A stretch of 64,000 nucleotides of DNA from NCBI GenBank assembly GCA_951406725.2, contig OX597826.1:27776001-27840000 (forward strand), written 5' to 3'. Source of the stretch: Octopus vulgaris (Eukaryota). The notes under the pieces are model-generated. The model saw only the letters and a program-made list of their open reading frames with translations, was not told the origin of the DNA and searched no databases. Positions 1 to 13,697 of this stretch are shown piece by piece (position 1 is the stretch's first letter; each line of letters begins with the position of its first letter). A program made the translations under genes and the position numbers.

Positions 1-1907
1 ATTGAAACTGTTCAAAATTGGTAGGCCCCAAAATTCTAAGCTAAAGGTATTTTTGGAAGAAAGCGGACGAATATGTGCGACAATACTAACAAAAAAAAGA
101 AAACGGAGGAAAAGTTACCTTATTACAAATAAAAGCAACAAGAATAACAACAGGTGTCTTTCGACTAAAATGATACGTTAAGTTAAGCTGGCGGGTGAAG
201 TGGAAGCCTTACGGCAACAAACATAGATGAAGGTCAGGAGACAGGAAAATAAGGTGTTGTGCAAGCAGTGGTCCGGCTAGAAAGAAAGATCATGCTTGGC
301 CGAACACCGATCGCGTGGGAAGGAACGAGAGAGGTAGGAGGCAGAGGGATTGAAGAATTAGGGAAGGAACCGGAGAGAGAGAGAGAGAGAGAGAGGAAGG
401 GACAGGGAAAGGTTCAGGGGAGATGATAGGGAAAGTAGAGAGATTAAAGAGAGAGAATGCCAAAAAAGGAGAGAGAGAGAAAGAGCGAGAAAAAAAAGAG
501 GAAAGAAAGAAGAAAGTCGTACAGAATTTAGATATATAAGTGTGTGTGCGTGTGTGTGTGTCAAAACAAAGAGGGATTAAGAGATCAATAATTCAGGTGA
601 AATCTGTCATAAGCCTTCTATAGATAATGATCCAGCAGGTTAACAATTATATTTTGTAATCGATGCTGCTTATCCAGATAATTCAAATTGAAAACCTGTC
701 ACCAATCAAATTTACGAATTCGCGTTCCAGTTACCAAGTTAAATTGATATGAGGCTACAGAGTGATTTAGAAAATACATACAGGTAACAGATTTTATACA
801 TTTACTGGAGACTTACAAATGTTTCTGATAAGCATGGGAGTGTTTTAGTTTCATGGTTCAATCGTATGACTCGAACGATCCATGGTCGATCGACCGACAA
901 AATAGAGAAGAATCACCTTTCCTTATTCTTGAACTGACGACCAAAAGAAAGGAATAGTATTATTTGAAAACTGGGTCATGTATTATAAGCAAGTATCTGA
1001 CCAGTATTACATAGGGAAAACTGGGAAAGGGAATGATAGCAAGAGAAAAAATCAAAGAAATGTAGATCTGACCAAAGAAAGCAATGAAATCTGAGACCCT
1101 TTCTATGTCGTTTACAGCTGCTGCAGATAGCCGGGACAGTGAAATAAAGTTTACTGTTAGATTTTGAAATGTTAGTATAGAGGAAGTCGATATATGTTCT
1201 AAATAACTGCAGTTGACAGGTCGAGAATTCGCCAATTATATAAACAGAAAAAAAACAAATAACTATTCGCAATATATTAAGACAATCAGTTTTCAATAAA
1301 TAATAGTGATAGTAGAACCAATAAACAGAGATCATAAAGCAGCTATAAATAAATATAATATGCTAGCAAGAAACAAAAAGAGAAACGTCAATGCACTACT
1401 AGACACCGATGTCGCGGTAATATTTTGCCTCCTCAGTGGTAGACAACAACACGTTCTTTGGATCTAAACGGAAATAAGAGTAACACTCGTAGCGAATGCG
1501 ATATTCGTATATCATCAATAGCGAAAAGTTGTTCTTCAAGGAAAAAACAAAAGCGTAAAGCCGTATTAAACATCGTGTGTGTTAAACAGATGTGCGGATA
1601 TACCCATTATTATCCAATATGGTTTTTAATCCTATCGATGGCTCACTCCAATACACTTAACAATATTTAACATTAAACAATAACCACCTTCTACTATTAG
1701 TTTTATTGATATTATTATCTTTCATTTCGAATCCATCAATGTTAATTAACTTCGTTTTTAGGAGTATCTGAGAAAAAGTCCTTGAGATATGATGCTTACA
1801 TTTGCTCATCACAGTGTGAAGGAACAAAACCCACATCCGGTGAGACATTGAATGTGATTTCGATAAACATTATAATTAAAACAAACGTAAATATTTTCCG
1901 AGTACAG

Positions 1908-1950
<43 letters not shown>

Positions 1951-2111
1951 GTCCACGTGTGTGTGTCTGTATCTGCGACAGTGTTGAAGGGGAGGGAGAC
2001 GCAGAGAGAAACCAGTTAGAATACTATAGAAATAGATATGTACGTACATGTATAACTGCATGTGCTTGTAGTATGTATATACATATATATTTGTACGAAT
2101 GAATATATATA

Positions 2112-2149
<38 letters not shown>

Positions 2150-2235
2150 TGTACACATACATATGTTGATATACATACATACATACATATATACATACAT
2201 ACATACATACATACATACATACATGCATACATACA

Positions 2236-2269
<34 letters not shown>

Positions 2270-3094
2270 AATCATACATGCATCATGCTACTATCAACAT
2301 TTGTGTATTTGTATATATGAATTCACGCTATTCTTACAAGGTGACTGTATGTACGTGCGTGTGTGTGTGTGCGTGTGTATGTGTGTGTGTGTGTGTGTGC
2401 GTATGTGTGCGTGTGTGCGCGTGTGTGTGTGTATGTGTAGTCGTGCGCGCGTGAGCAGGTACATATGCAACACGAAAGACCCTTGCTTTCGCAATATTTC
2501 CTTCATGTGATTATTTGAAATCATCCACCATATTAGTTTTGCAAGGTTCCCATGAAGAATTCTAACGAAAAACTAAGTAAATCTCAGAGATTTCTCCTAA
2601 TAATTTCAGCTTGATATATGGAGATAGACGTTCAAGAAGGTATAATATTAGTAAGCGTAAAGCAGGCTGGAATAGTTTATTGTTAAATATGGTTATTCCA
2701 ACCGGAAATACTGCAATTAATGGTTTCGTCCTGAGGCTTGAATCAGATTAAGTGGGGTTTCGAATATTGACATGAATTTATATATAAATATGAACATGTA
2801 TATTAAGAAGAAGAAGAAGCACAGGAGAAGAAGTGCAGAAGAGCAAAAGAAACGCCTGGTTTCATTTTGGTGATACGCACAGAAATTTATATGCACAGTC
2901 GCAAACCCTGTGTAGACATGAGTGTACACTTACACACACAAGCAAGCAAGCGCACACGCACACACACACACACATAAATATATATGTGCATACACGTAAT
3001 AAGTAATTTCATGAACATGCAAATACATATGCTTATACAATACATTGGCAGACTTCCTTATTATGATTGTGAGATGTGTGTATACGTATATGTA

Positions 3095-3147
<53 letters not shown>

Positions 3148-3419
3148 ATATACATGTATATATACGTAGATAGATGCATATATGAATGTGTATATACACA
3201 CACACACACACATTTATATATATATATATATATATACATATGTATATATATAGATGTATACATACATATATAGATGCATATATGCATGTATATATATATA
3301 TATGCACACACATATACATACGTATGTAAAGTTTTATGCATTATGTATGTACGTATATACCTATATATATTTGCATTGTGTATATATATATACATGTATA
3401 TATATGTACCTACGTATAC

Positions 3420-3456
<37 letters not shown>

Positions 3457-3482
3457 CATATATGTGCATATATGTATGTGTG

Positions 3483-3559
<77 letters not shown>

Positions 3560-4045
3560 GTATATGTATATGTATCTATGGGGGGCATGTTTGTGCGTGA
3601 GTGTATTCACCACCCCCACACACACACGCACAATGCACGTTCAGAGATGTTCATGCTTGTCTTACGCTTATTCCCACTTGGACATCGTCGCATATTAAAC
3701 ATACCGTTTGGCCAGAAGTAGTTTGCTTTCCATCAATCTATGTCACACACAAACACACACGGACACACAGGTACGTAAAGACAAGTACATACACAAAAAT
3801 ACCTACCTCACACACACGAATGCATACACACACTCTCACACACACATTCATGCCATGATATACACAATAAGAAGCACAACAATTAAACATGCAATGAATC
3901 TCATCTCAGAAAGAACTTCCAGATTGAAAACCGCCATTACCAAATATTTTTAATAATGTAACACGATCTAATGTACCCACTCATATTGGTTGTTAATTCC
4001 CTCTCTCTCTTTTACACACACATACACTCACGCACACATACTAGG

Positions 4046-4360
<315 letters not shown>

Positions 4361-4372
4361 ATCTATTTTATC

Positions 4373-4404
<32 letters not shown>

Positions 4405-4842
4405 TATCTTTCTATCTATCTAGCTATCTACCTACCTACCTACCTACCTACCTACCTACCTACCTATATATATATATATATATATATCTGTATCCATCTA
4501 TCTATCTATCTATTTTTTCTGTTTATCTGTCTGCCTGCCTGTCTGACTGTCTCTCTATCTGTATGTATGTACATCGTTGTCTCATTCACACACACACACA
4601 TTCATGCAATCCTCTACAGATCTACAATCAAACGAACGTCTTAAACCTCCACCCCCGCTTCCTCTGTTTTGTACGTTTGTAACGTCTTTAACTTTTAGAA
4701 ACTATTAGTGTGTCTATGTGTGGTTGTCTGATAGTGTGTGTGAGTATGTGTGTGTGTGTGCGCGCGTGTTTGCGCGTGTGTGTTTGTGCGTGCGTTTTTG
4801 TGTGTGTGTACTGTAGCCAGACGTGTGAATCGCTGATAATAA

Positions 4843-5061
4843 ATGGTTTTAAATGTTGGCACAACGCCAGGAACTTTCGAGGGAGTTGGTAAGTCGGTTA
4901 CATTGACCCAAGTGTTTCAACTGGTACTTATTTTTATCGACTCCGAAAAGATAAAGGGTCAACTCGACCACGGCTGCATTTGAACTCAGAACGGAATGAC
5001 GGACGAAATGCCGCTAAGCATTTTACCCGGCGCGCAAACGATTCAGCCAGCTCGCTGCCTT
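4843..5061 (-). mobile_element. SINE family B copy (diverged)
   Basis: Reverse complement matches the family B head GGCAGCGAGCTGGC...GAGTTCAAAT and the central CCTTT.ATC.TTTCGGAGTCGATAAA..AAGTACCAG motif. Confidence 0.85.
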
Positions 5062-5414
5062 GATTGGTTGATGATATTGTTGTGACCGTTGTATATTTCA
5101 ACCATTATGCCATTTCACCTGTCATCAGGACCCCACCACCAAGCGATGATCTGCCTTCTACAATGCCCAGTTAAATTTTTGCAATGTTTTTTTACATACA
5201 AATGCGCAATTCAATTGACACCATTATTTGTCTGGCACTTTGCATTAGCGATACTGGAAAAATGGAAACCAAATTCAACATAGGCTTGATTTGATCTTAG
5301 AAGGTAAGGCTTTGCAACAAATACTGCAAAGCATTTTTATTCCGATCATTGTTACACTTCTAACAATCCATCGTGCAATTAATTACAAAATAAAAGTTTA
5401 TACAACCCTGGTTA

Positions 5415-5740
5415 AGGCAGCGAGCTGGCAGAAACGTTAGTACGCCGGGCGAAATGCGTAACCGTATTTCGTCTACCGTTACGTTCTGAGTTCAAATTCC
5501 GTCGAGGTCGACTTTGCCTTTCATCCTTTCGGAGTCGATTAAATAAGTACCAGTCACGCACCGGGGTCGATATAATCGACTTAATCCGTTTCTCTCTCCT
5601 TGTTTGTCCTCTCTGTGTTTAGCCCCTTGTGGTTAGTAAAGAAATAGGTATTTCGTCTGCCGCTACGTTCTGAGTTCAATTTCAACCGAGATCGAGTTTC
5701 CCCTTTCATCCTTTCCGCGTTGATGAGTTAAGTGCCAGTT
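5415..5740 (+). mobile_element. SINE family B (tRNA-like head, Deu/Nin-like central motif), dimeric copy
   Basis: Head GGCAGCGAGCTGGCAGAA, B-box-like GAGTTCAAATTCC, core GCCTTTCATCCTTTCGGAGTCGATTAAATAAGTACCAG. A second, headless unit starts after AAAGAAATAG at about 5649. The Deu/Nin resemblance is from recall, not an alignment. Confidence 0.88.
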
Positions 5741-5999
5741 AATATTATTATTTTTCAGGTCACGCCTGGAATCGAACTCGAAATCTTGGGGTTAGTAGCT
5801 CGCGCTCTTAACTACGTGTATGTGACGTAGTGGTTAAGAGCGCGGGCTACTAACTCCAAGTTTCCGAGTTCGATTCCAGGCAGTGACCTGAATAATAATG
5901 ATATTAATAATAATGATAATAATAATAACAACAACAACAACAACAACAACATCGAAAAATACCTTAGAAATGAGAACCCAGGTTCGAAATTTCCCCAAG
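5741..5999. mobile_element. Fold-back element with a tRNA-derived head
   Basis: 5754-5817 is the reverse complement of 5825-5892 with a 7-nt spacer. The right arm has A-box-like TGACGTAGTGG and B-box GAGTTCGATTCC, then (AAT/AAC)n and unique sequence ending TTCCCCAAG. Confidence 0.8.
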
Positions 6000-6019
6000 T
6001 CATAAACAATAAGGTGTAC

Positions 6020-6059
<40 letters not shown>

Positions 6060-6063
<4 letters not shown>

Positions 6064-6170
6064 TTGTGCCCCACCATCGCTTGATAACCGATGTTGGTGT
6101 GTTTACATCCCCGTCACTTAGCGACTCGGCAAAATCAGTACTAGGCTTACAAAAAATAAGTCCTGGGATC
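6060..6170 (+). mobile_element. SINE family A 3' fragment
   Basis: CCCCACCATCGCTTGATAACCGATGTTGGTGTGTTTAC... matches full copies such as 20675-21110. Confidence 0.85.
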
Positions 6171-6489
6171 GATAATATATATACACACGCACATGCGAAA
6201 CGATGACTACATTTTTTGAATCTCATTCTTTATTCGATTGCCTTCTGTATTAATGCGTCTTTTCTGTATTTAATCATTTAAATTCCTTCCTCTGAAGAAG
6301 GAGCTGGGTTCTAACGGCGATAGAATACTCCATAGCTGGAATGCAAATAAAGAAAGCAATGTCACATTTTAAACTTGAGAAAAGACTCGCATAATTTTAC
6401 TCTTCCGCATACAGATTGTATTTGCAAGGTGCGAATCTGACGGTTGATTTCTTTTCCTGAGAATCCAAGCTTGTATGTAAGCATGTATC

Positions 6490-6523
<34 letters not shown>

Positions 6524-6825
6524 TGTATGTATGTATGTATGTATGTATGTATGTATGTATGTATTTATGCTTACATGCATCTATGTACGTATGTATACAC
6601 ACATACACATATATATGTAAATATGTATACGCACATATATATATACATATACATGTAAGGATGTATACACACATATACATATATACATACGTACATACAT
6701 ACATACGTGCATACGTACATACGTACGTACTTACACACAAATAAACCAACCGCTAGACCGTGGGCCCGTCATGTATATCTAATCTAGTTTTTTTTTACTT
6801 CTATTTAAGTCCTTTAGAGAGTTCC

Positions 6826-6930
6826 AGCGAGTCCATGGTCGAGTGGTGAAGGAGTTGCGCTGGCGATCGCTAGATCACGGTTTCAATTCCGGGACCGGAT
6901 AATGCGTTGTGTTCTTCAACAAAACAATTG
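6826..6930 (+). mobile_element. tRNA-derived SINE head (family C/D, diverged)
   Basis: A box TGGTCGAGTGG and B-box-like GGTTTCAATTCC, followed by GACCGG..GCGTTGTGTTCTT as in 22337-22583. Confidence 0.65.
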
Positions 6931-6956
6931 CTTTGGGCAAAGTCATATATACATAC

Positions 6957-7006
<50 letters not shown>

Positions 7007-7494
7007 GGGTGCGTGTGTGTGTATGTGTTGTGTCTGGGAAAAGTCATTCTTTTTTTAATGCCTTCTTAAACCAAATACAGATATATATATATGCAAGTAT
7101 GTATCTATATATACATACATACATGTGACCGCGTTTTCCATATAAATGTGTTGCATACAACTCAACACTCCTACATTTCTGTTTGTAACAAGAGGCTGTA
7201 TTATTATTTCCATATAAGTTTTTTCCAGTCAGATGGCGAAATTAATTTTTCATACAGATACATCATTATCTGTTGTTACTTTATAATATCAACTTCAGAC
7301 ACCAGATGAGGTTATGGACAACATTCCAGCTTGACATGAAGCTTATTATACGAAGAAAAGTCATACTAACGTTGTAGAAGATCATATCGTGAAAAACAGC
7401 ATAAAAAGGGAAAAAAAAATGAATTAGACCTCACACAGAGAGTAATACTAACAGTATATTTGAAAGTCATTAAAATGAAAACCATCCCTTCAAT

Positions 7495-7790
7495 GAAAAA
7501 AAAAGCCCACTGGCATGCAAATGTTGAATCTATCTAATAATCAACAATATATTTATATATCCCATTGCAAGAATGAAAGTTATAAACACCACGACTCCAA
7601 CTGTTATAATGGCCATACTAGCATGATACATTTATGCTGCTTTATAGTAGGAAACACTGCTACATACTGCGCCGCGCACTACTCAACATAAGTATTCTGG
7701 AAAACATTAATGAGCAAAACATCTATAGCCTACAAAAGCCGTTCATATTTAGATTTCTAATGAATAAAATGTAGACAATATGTCATAGGT
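7495..7790 (+). pseudogene. Highly decayed Penelope-like GIY-YIG endonuclease remnant
   Basis: Broken-frame peptides PLACKC and CYNGHTS resemble the CPLxGxC and RYxxHxxSF motifs; many stops and frameshifts. Confidence 0.35.
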
Positions 7791-8197
7791 TTAAACGATT
7801 ATCAGCTGACTGATACGATAAGTCATTTCACCGTCACAAGTTAAATTTTAATGGTAATATCAACAGAAATAACGATGACCGTCACTGGTTTAAAAAAGGA
7901 ATCCATACACACTAAAAGCTGTCGGATAAGAGTTCGATGGTTTAGAAATATTGCTGATGGAATTATCAAGTTTACTGTTCCAAGTATGCTGCAATGAATG
8001 CTACACGAAATAGGAAAGGGAAGTGAAGGTCGGCACAGTCGTGCTTAAATAGATATGTACGTGCGTACACACATTTCAATACGTTGTATGTATGTATGTA
8101 TGTATGTATGTACGTATGTATGTATGTTTATATGTATGTGTGTATGTATGTATGTATGTATGTATGTCTGTCTGTCTATCTATCTATCTATCTTTCT

Positions 8198-8258
<61 letters not shown>

Positions 8259-8292
8259 TCTGTCTCTCTATCTATATATCTATCTATATGTG

Positions 8293-8335
<43 letters not shown>

Positions 8336-8486
8336 GTCTGTCTCTCTCTCTATCTATCAATCTATCTATCTATCTATCATCTATCTACCTATCTAGCTTA
8401 CTCTCTGTCTGCCTATCTATTTATCTATCTATTTCTCTGTCTCTCTTTCTTTCTCTCCCATTCTCTCTGTCACACTCTCTCTCTAT

Positions 8487-8526
<40 letters not shown>

Positions 8527-8704
8527 GCAGTGTCCAGGAAGCTTTAGCGGGAAGTATGAGTACTATTCTCAGTAGACTGCATCTTATTGCAGAAAGAGCT
8601 GAACAGCTGTAAGACGATGCAGCTAATAACATAATTCCTATAGGCATGTCTACTTGTATGTGTGTGCACGTGTTAATAGAAAATATAGACTATATCTACC
8701 ATAA

Positions 8705-9063
8705 TGGTTTCAAATTTTATCACAAGGACACAATTCTGGAGGAGAGGATGTTTCGATTATATCGACCACAATGTTCCACTGGTACTTCATTTATCGACCC
8801 CAGAAAAGATGAAAGACAAAGTCGACCTCGGCGGAATTTGAACTCACAACGTAACGGCAGACAAAATACCTATTTTTTTACTACCCACAAGGGGCTAAAC
8901 ACAGAGAGGAAAAACAAGGACAGACAAACGGATTCGGTCAATTATATCGACCCCAGTGCGTAACTGGTACTTATTTAATCGACCCCGAAAGGATGATAGG
9001 CAAAGTCGACCTCGGCGGAATGTGAACTCAGAACGTAACGGCAGACGAAATACCGCTAAGCAT
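8705..9063 (-). mobile_element. SINE family B, dimeric copy
   Basis: Two units in reverse orientation with the junction near 8869-8870; the head is truncated at about 9063. Confidence 0.88.
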
Positions 9064-9066
9064 TCA

Positions 9067-9398
9067 AGAGTTCAAATTCCGCCGAGGTCGACTTTGCCTT
9101 TCATCCTTTTGGGGTCGATAAATTAAGTACCAGTTACGCACTGGGGTCGATGAAATCGACTTAATCCGTTTGTCTGTCCTTGTTTGTCCTCTCTGTGTTT
9201 AGCTCCTTGTGGATAGTAAATAGAAATAGGTATTTCGTCTGTCTTTACCTTCTGAGTTCAAATTCCACCGAGGTCGACTTTACCTTTCATCCTTTCGCGG
9301 TCGATAAATTAAGTACCAGTTGCGTAGTGGGGTCAATCTAATCGATTGGGCACCTCGCCCAAAACATTTCGGGCCTTGTACCTAGAGTAGAAAAGAAT
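9067..9398 (+). mobile_element. SINE family B, dimeric copy, head-to-head with the previous copy
   Basis: Starts at the B box GAGTTCAAATTCCGCCGAGG; second unit follows GAAATAG at about 9230; alternative tail GGGCCTTGTACCTAGAGTAGAAAAGAAT. Confidence 0.88.
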
Positions 9399-9551
9399 AT
9401 ATAACATCATGACATACGTAATTCCAACATATCTACATATGTCATAACTTATTTACATAGAAATACATATACTAGTATACATACATGCATACATCTATCT
9501 ATCTAGCTAGCTAGCTATATATATACATATGTGTGTGTGTGTGTGCGTGTG

Positions 9552-9586
<35 letters not shown>

Positions 9587-10197
9587 GTATACATATATAT
9601 GTATACACATATATATATATACATACATATGCATATGTGGGTACAGGACGTGACCAACAGCAAACAACATGAAATACGAAAACAAATGAGTTCAATACGC
9701 AGACAACGAGAGAATTAAATAGAAAACAGGACAAATAAGATAACGAACGACCCTTCATCAGTTATCAGGTGTCTCTATACTTATCATTTCGAGCATTGAA
9801 CGACAATATGCGTCTTGGAAGGCAGTTACTCCATGAGATTTATAAAAGTGGGGAAAAAAAACAGGACAGTGGAGACATACAAGGACATGGAGGGTTGTTA
9901 GACCAGAACAAGAGTAAAATAGCAAACGCTGGAGAAATATTTTCTTTGACAATAGAAAAGATAAAAGAGACAGATAGGACACGTCCACTCCTTAGGACAT
10001 TCCTATAAATACATATGCATATATAAATAGGAAAACAGCTAGTTTTAAATCGCTGAGAGATATGCAGTAACCATACCTAATAGTAAAGTCTATTTGCCAA
10101 CAAAATGTGGCAGTCGTATGTGAGAACATCGTCCGTGTATACGACTGCCACATTCTGTTGGCAAGTAAACTTTAGTGTGTGTGTGTGTGTGTGTGTG

Positions 10198-10235
<38 letters not shown>

Positions 10236-10690
10236 CTTGAAAGCCTATGAGAATTACTTAATACATTTTTTGAAGTGCGCAGGTGATTATTTTCAAATAA
10301 ATTATTTTTTAAAACACGTGTTGGGAAATCTGTTATGAGAAAGTTACTGACCATTTTTGGGAACGTGGAACTCTGCGTAACAGTTTTTGTGATGTCATTG
10401 TAGCTTTATTAATGAAGTGTATTACTCTACCTCTGGTATTCGAGAACTTTTTTTCCACCTTGTTTATGTGCTTACTCTGGTGTATATATATATATATATA
10501 TAGATAGATAGATATAGATATATATATATATAGATAGATAGATAGATAGATGATAGATAGATGGTAGATAGATAGATGTGTTTCTATTTAAAGGCCACAA
10601 TACATGTATTAAAGTTCTACTAATTAGTTTCATACGTTGAGAGAACTCAAACAGGTATATATATATGATTATCGAGACATACACACACAA

Positions 10691-10753
<63 letters not shown>

Positions 10754-10787
10754 CATGCAACCATGTATGTGTGTGTACGTACGTATG

Positions 10788-10822
<35 letters not shown>

Positions 10823-11111
10823 ATAGGAATGTATGAATGTAGAGTACCTCATTCATGCATTGATATACATCAAGTCCATGATCGACGAAGCGCTAACAAA
10901 TGGCTAGGCGATGCGAAGGGAGGTGGTCAGCGCTCTGTAGAGAGCAGTGGTCTGCAAAGAGAAATCTAATGAAGGAAGTGATGTAGATGTGGATTATGAG
11001 AGAGAAAACATGTCAGGTAGAGAGAAAGAAAGAGAGAGTAAAGAGAGAGACCGATAGAGAGAGAGAGACTGATACAGAGAGAGAGAGGGGTAAATAGATT
11101 GTTAGATAGAC

Positions 11112-11194
<83 letters not shown>

Positions 11195-12031
11195 CAGATA
11201 GATAGATATGTAGATAGATATGTAGGTAAGCTAGGAAAGAGAAAGAGAGAGAGAGAGTCGTGGAATAAGAAAAGAATGACAATAGGAATAAAAGTGGGAG
11301 AATGAGAGAAAGATAAGCGTATCATGAATGAAATGGGGGAATTGACTAAACGTAAAATGGGAGAGGTAATCATGGAGTCTGGGAAATAAATGGCGGGAAA
11401 TTAGAAACAAGCCCAGGGAGAGTGTAAAGACTATACGATAAGGAAAAATAAAATCATATATGTATATATATACACGCACAAAATTATATTTACAACTAGG
11501 TATACATTTTCTTATATATATATATATATATATATGCAAGCATGCACACAGGTGAATGTATGGACTCACACAATATATAAACACACACATATATATATAG
11601 TTTTATAACCATGTTTATGAATATATATGCGTGTGCTTGTATGTGCGTGCGTGTGAGTGACAGAGAGTGCGCGTCTGTGTGTATATTTTTGTGTGAGTGT
11701 GTTTGTGTTTTTGAGTGTGATCGAAAGAGAAAATGAGAGTTGGTGTTGGGCGTAGAAAGAATAAAAAAATAACAGGTTGTGTCAATATTGAATGAGAAGA
11801 AACTAAGCGAGGGAGATTAGAAGGGAATAGAAAGAGAAAATGAGAGAGAGACAGAGAGACAGAGAGAGAGAGACAGAGAGAAGGTGAAAGAGAAAAAGAA
11901 AATATACAAGAATAAAAATACGTCGAGAGAGATAATAGCATATCAGATGTCGCTGCCGTAACATACAAGAAAGGACGTGTGTGTGTGTATGTGTATGTGC
12001 GTACGCTTGTGTGACTATGAATATATATACA

Positions 12032-12111
<80 letters not shown>

Positions 12112-12136
12112 TATATATATGTGTGTGTGTATGTAT

Positions 12137-12177
<41 letters not shown>

Positions 12178-12240
12178 CGTGTGTGAGAGTGTGTGTGTGC
12201 GTGTGTGAGTATATGTTTGTGCTTTTTGTGTTTGTTTCCT

Positions 12241-12433
12241 CACCACCACCATCATCGCTTGACAACCGATGTTGGTGTGTTTACGTCCCCGTAAATCAGC
12301 GGCTCTGCACAAGAGACCGATAGAATAAGTACCAGGCTTACAAAGATTAAATCCTGCAGTGGATTTGTTCAACTAAAGGCGGTGATCCAGCATGGCCGCA
12401 GTCAAATGACTGAAACAAGCAAAAGATGAAAGA
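12241..12433 (+). mobile_element. SINE family A 3' half
   Basis: CATCGCTTGACAACCGATG...AAAGGCGGTGATCCAGCATGGCCGCAGTCAAATGACTGAAACAAG. Confidence 0.88.
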
Positions 12434-12659
12434 TATATATATATATCGATATATATGTGTGTGTGTATATATATGTGTGTGTGTGTGTGTATACATCTAT
12501 ATATATATATTTATATAGATGTATGTATATATATATATATATGTACATATATATATATATATACATATATATATACACATACATTATATATAAATGCATT
12601 ACTTATATTACATATATAATGTTTATATATGTATGTATATCTAAATACAAACACACACA

Positions 12660-12789
<130 letters not shown>

Positions 12790-12889
12790 TGTGTGTGTGT
12801 GTGAGTGTATATACACACACATCAATATTATTTCGCGAGAGAGGGAGGTAGACAGATATATAGATAGACAGAGTTATATATATATAAAT

Positions 12890-13019
<130 letters not shown>

Positions 13020-13299
13020 CTGTGAAATACCAGAGATTGATGAAATAATGATAAGACTAACGACTTCTTAAGAGGAGGAAACGTATTGAAGGAAGAGAAA
13101 GAAGGAGAAACAAACGTGAGAAGGAAGAAGATGATAGAAAGAAATAGAGATAGAAAAAGAGAGGAAGACACATTGGGAGAATGATATTGCGTGTCTGTGT
13201 GCATGCATACATGCCTTTGTGTTTGTGTGTGTGTGTGTGTGGTTTTGTGTGGGTGTGGGTGGGTGTGTGTGTTTGTGTGATGTAGTTTGCGTAAGTATA

Positions 13300-13621
13300 T
13301 GATGATGGTGGTGATGATAAAGCTAAAGATAACACTTGATGACAACGATGATGATGCTGTTGGCGGTGATGGTGGTGATGATGGTGGTGATGATGGTGAT
13401 GATGGTGGTGGTGGTGGTGGTGGTGGTGGTGGTGGTGGTGGCGGAGGCGGCGGCGGTAATGGTGACACTGGTGATGGTGGTGCCTATGAATCTGAGACGG
13501 CAGTGTATTACTAAATGGGAGAGAGAGGTAGATATATATGTATACAAATATATATGTATGTGTACATATGTATATATATTTTCGCACACAGACACAAACA
13601 TACATACACACATGTATATAT

Positions 13622-13697
<76 letters not shown>

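Noticed and set aside
960-1335. Overlapping minus-strand ORFs of 91 and 119 aa in unique-looking sequence
   Set aside because: No recognisable motif or convincing splice signals; may be a decayed transposon.
5825-5892. Possible tRNA gene (and other A/B-box heads at 17310-17387, 22337 and 61847)
   Set aside because: No complete acceptor stem, and each runs into a repeat body; these are SINE heads.
9740-9840. Minus-strand CTGATGA with an upstream GCTC-GAAA
   Set aside because: Stems could not be closed convincingly; at most a decayed tandem hammerhead.
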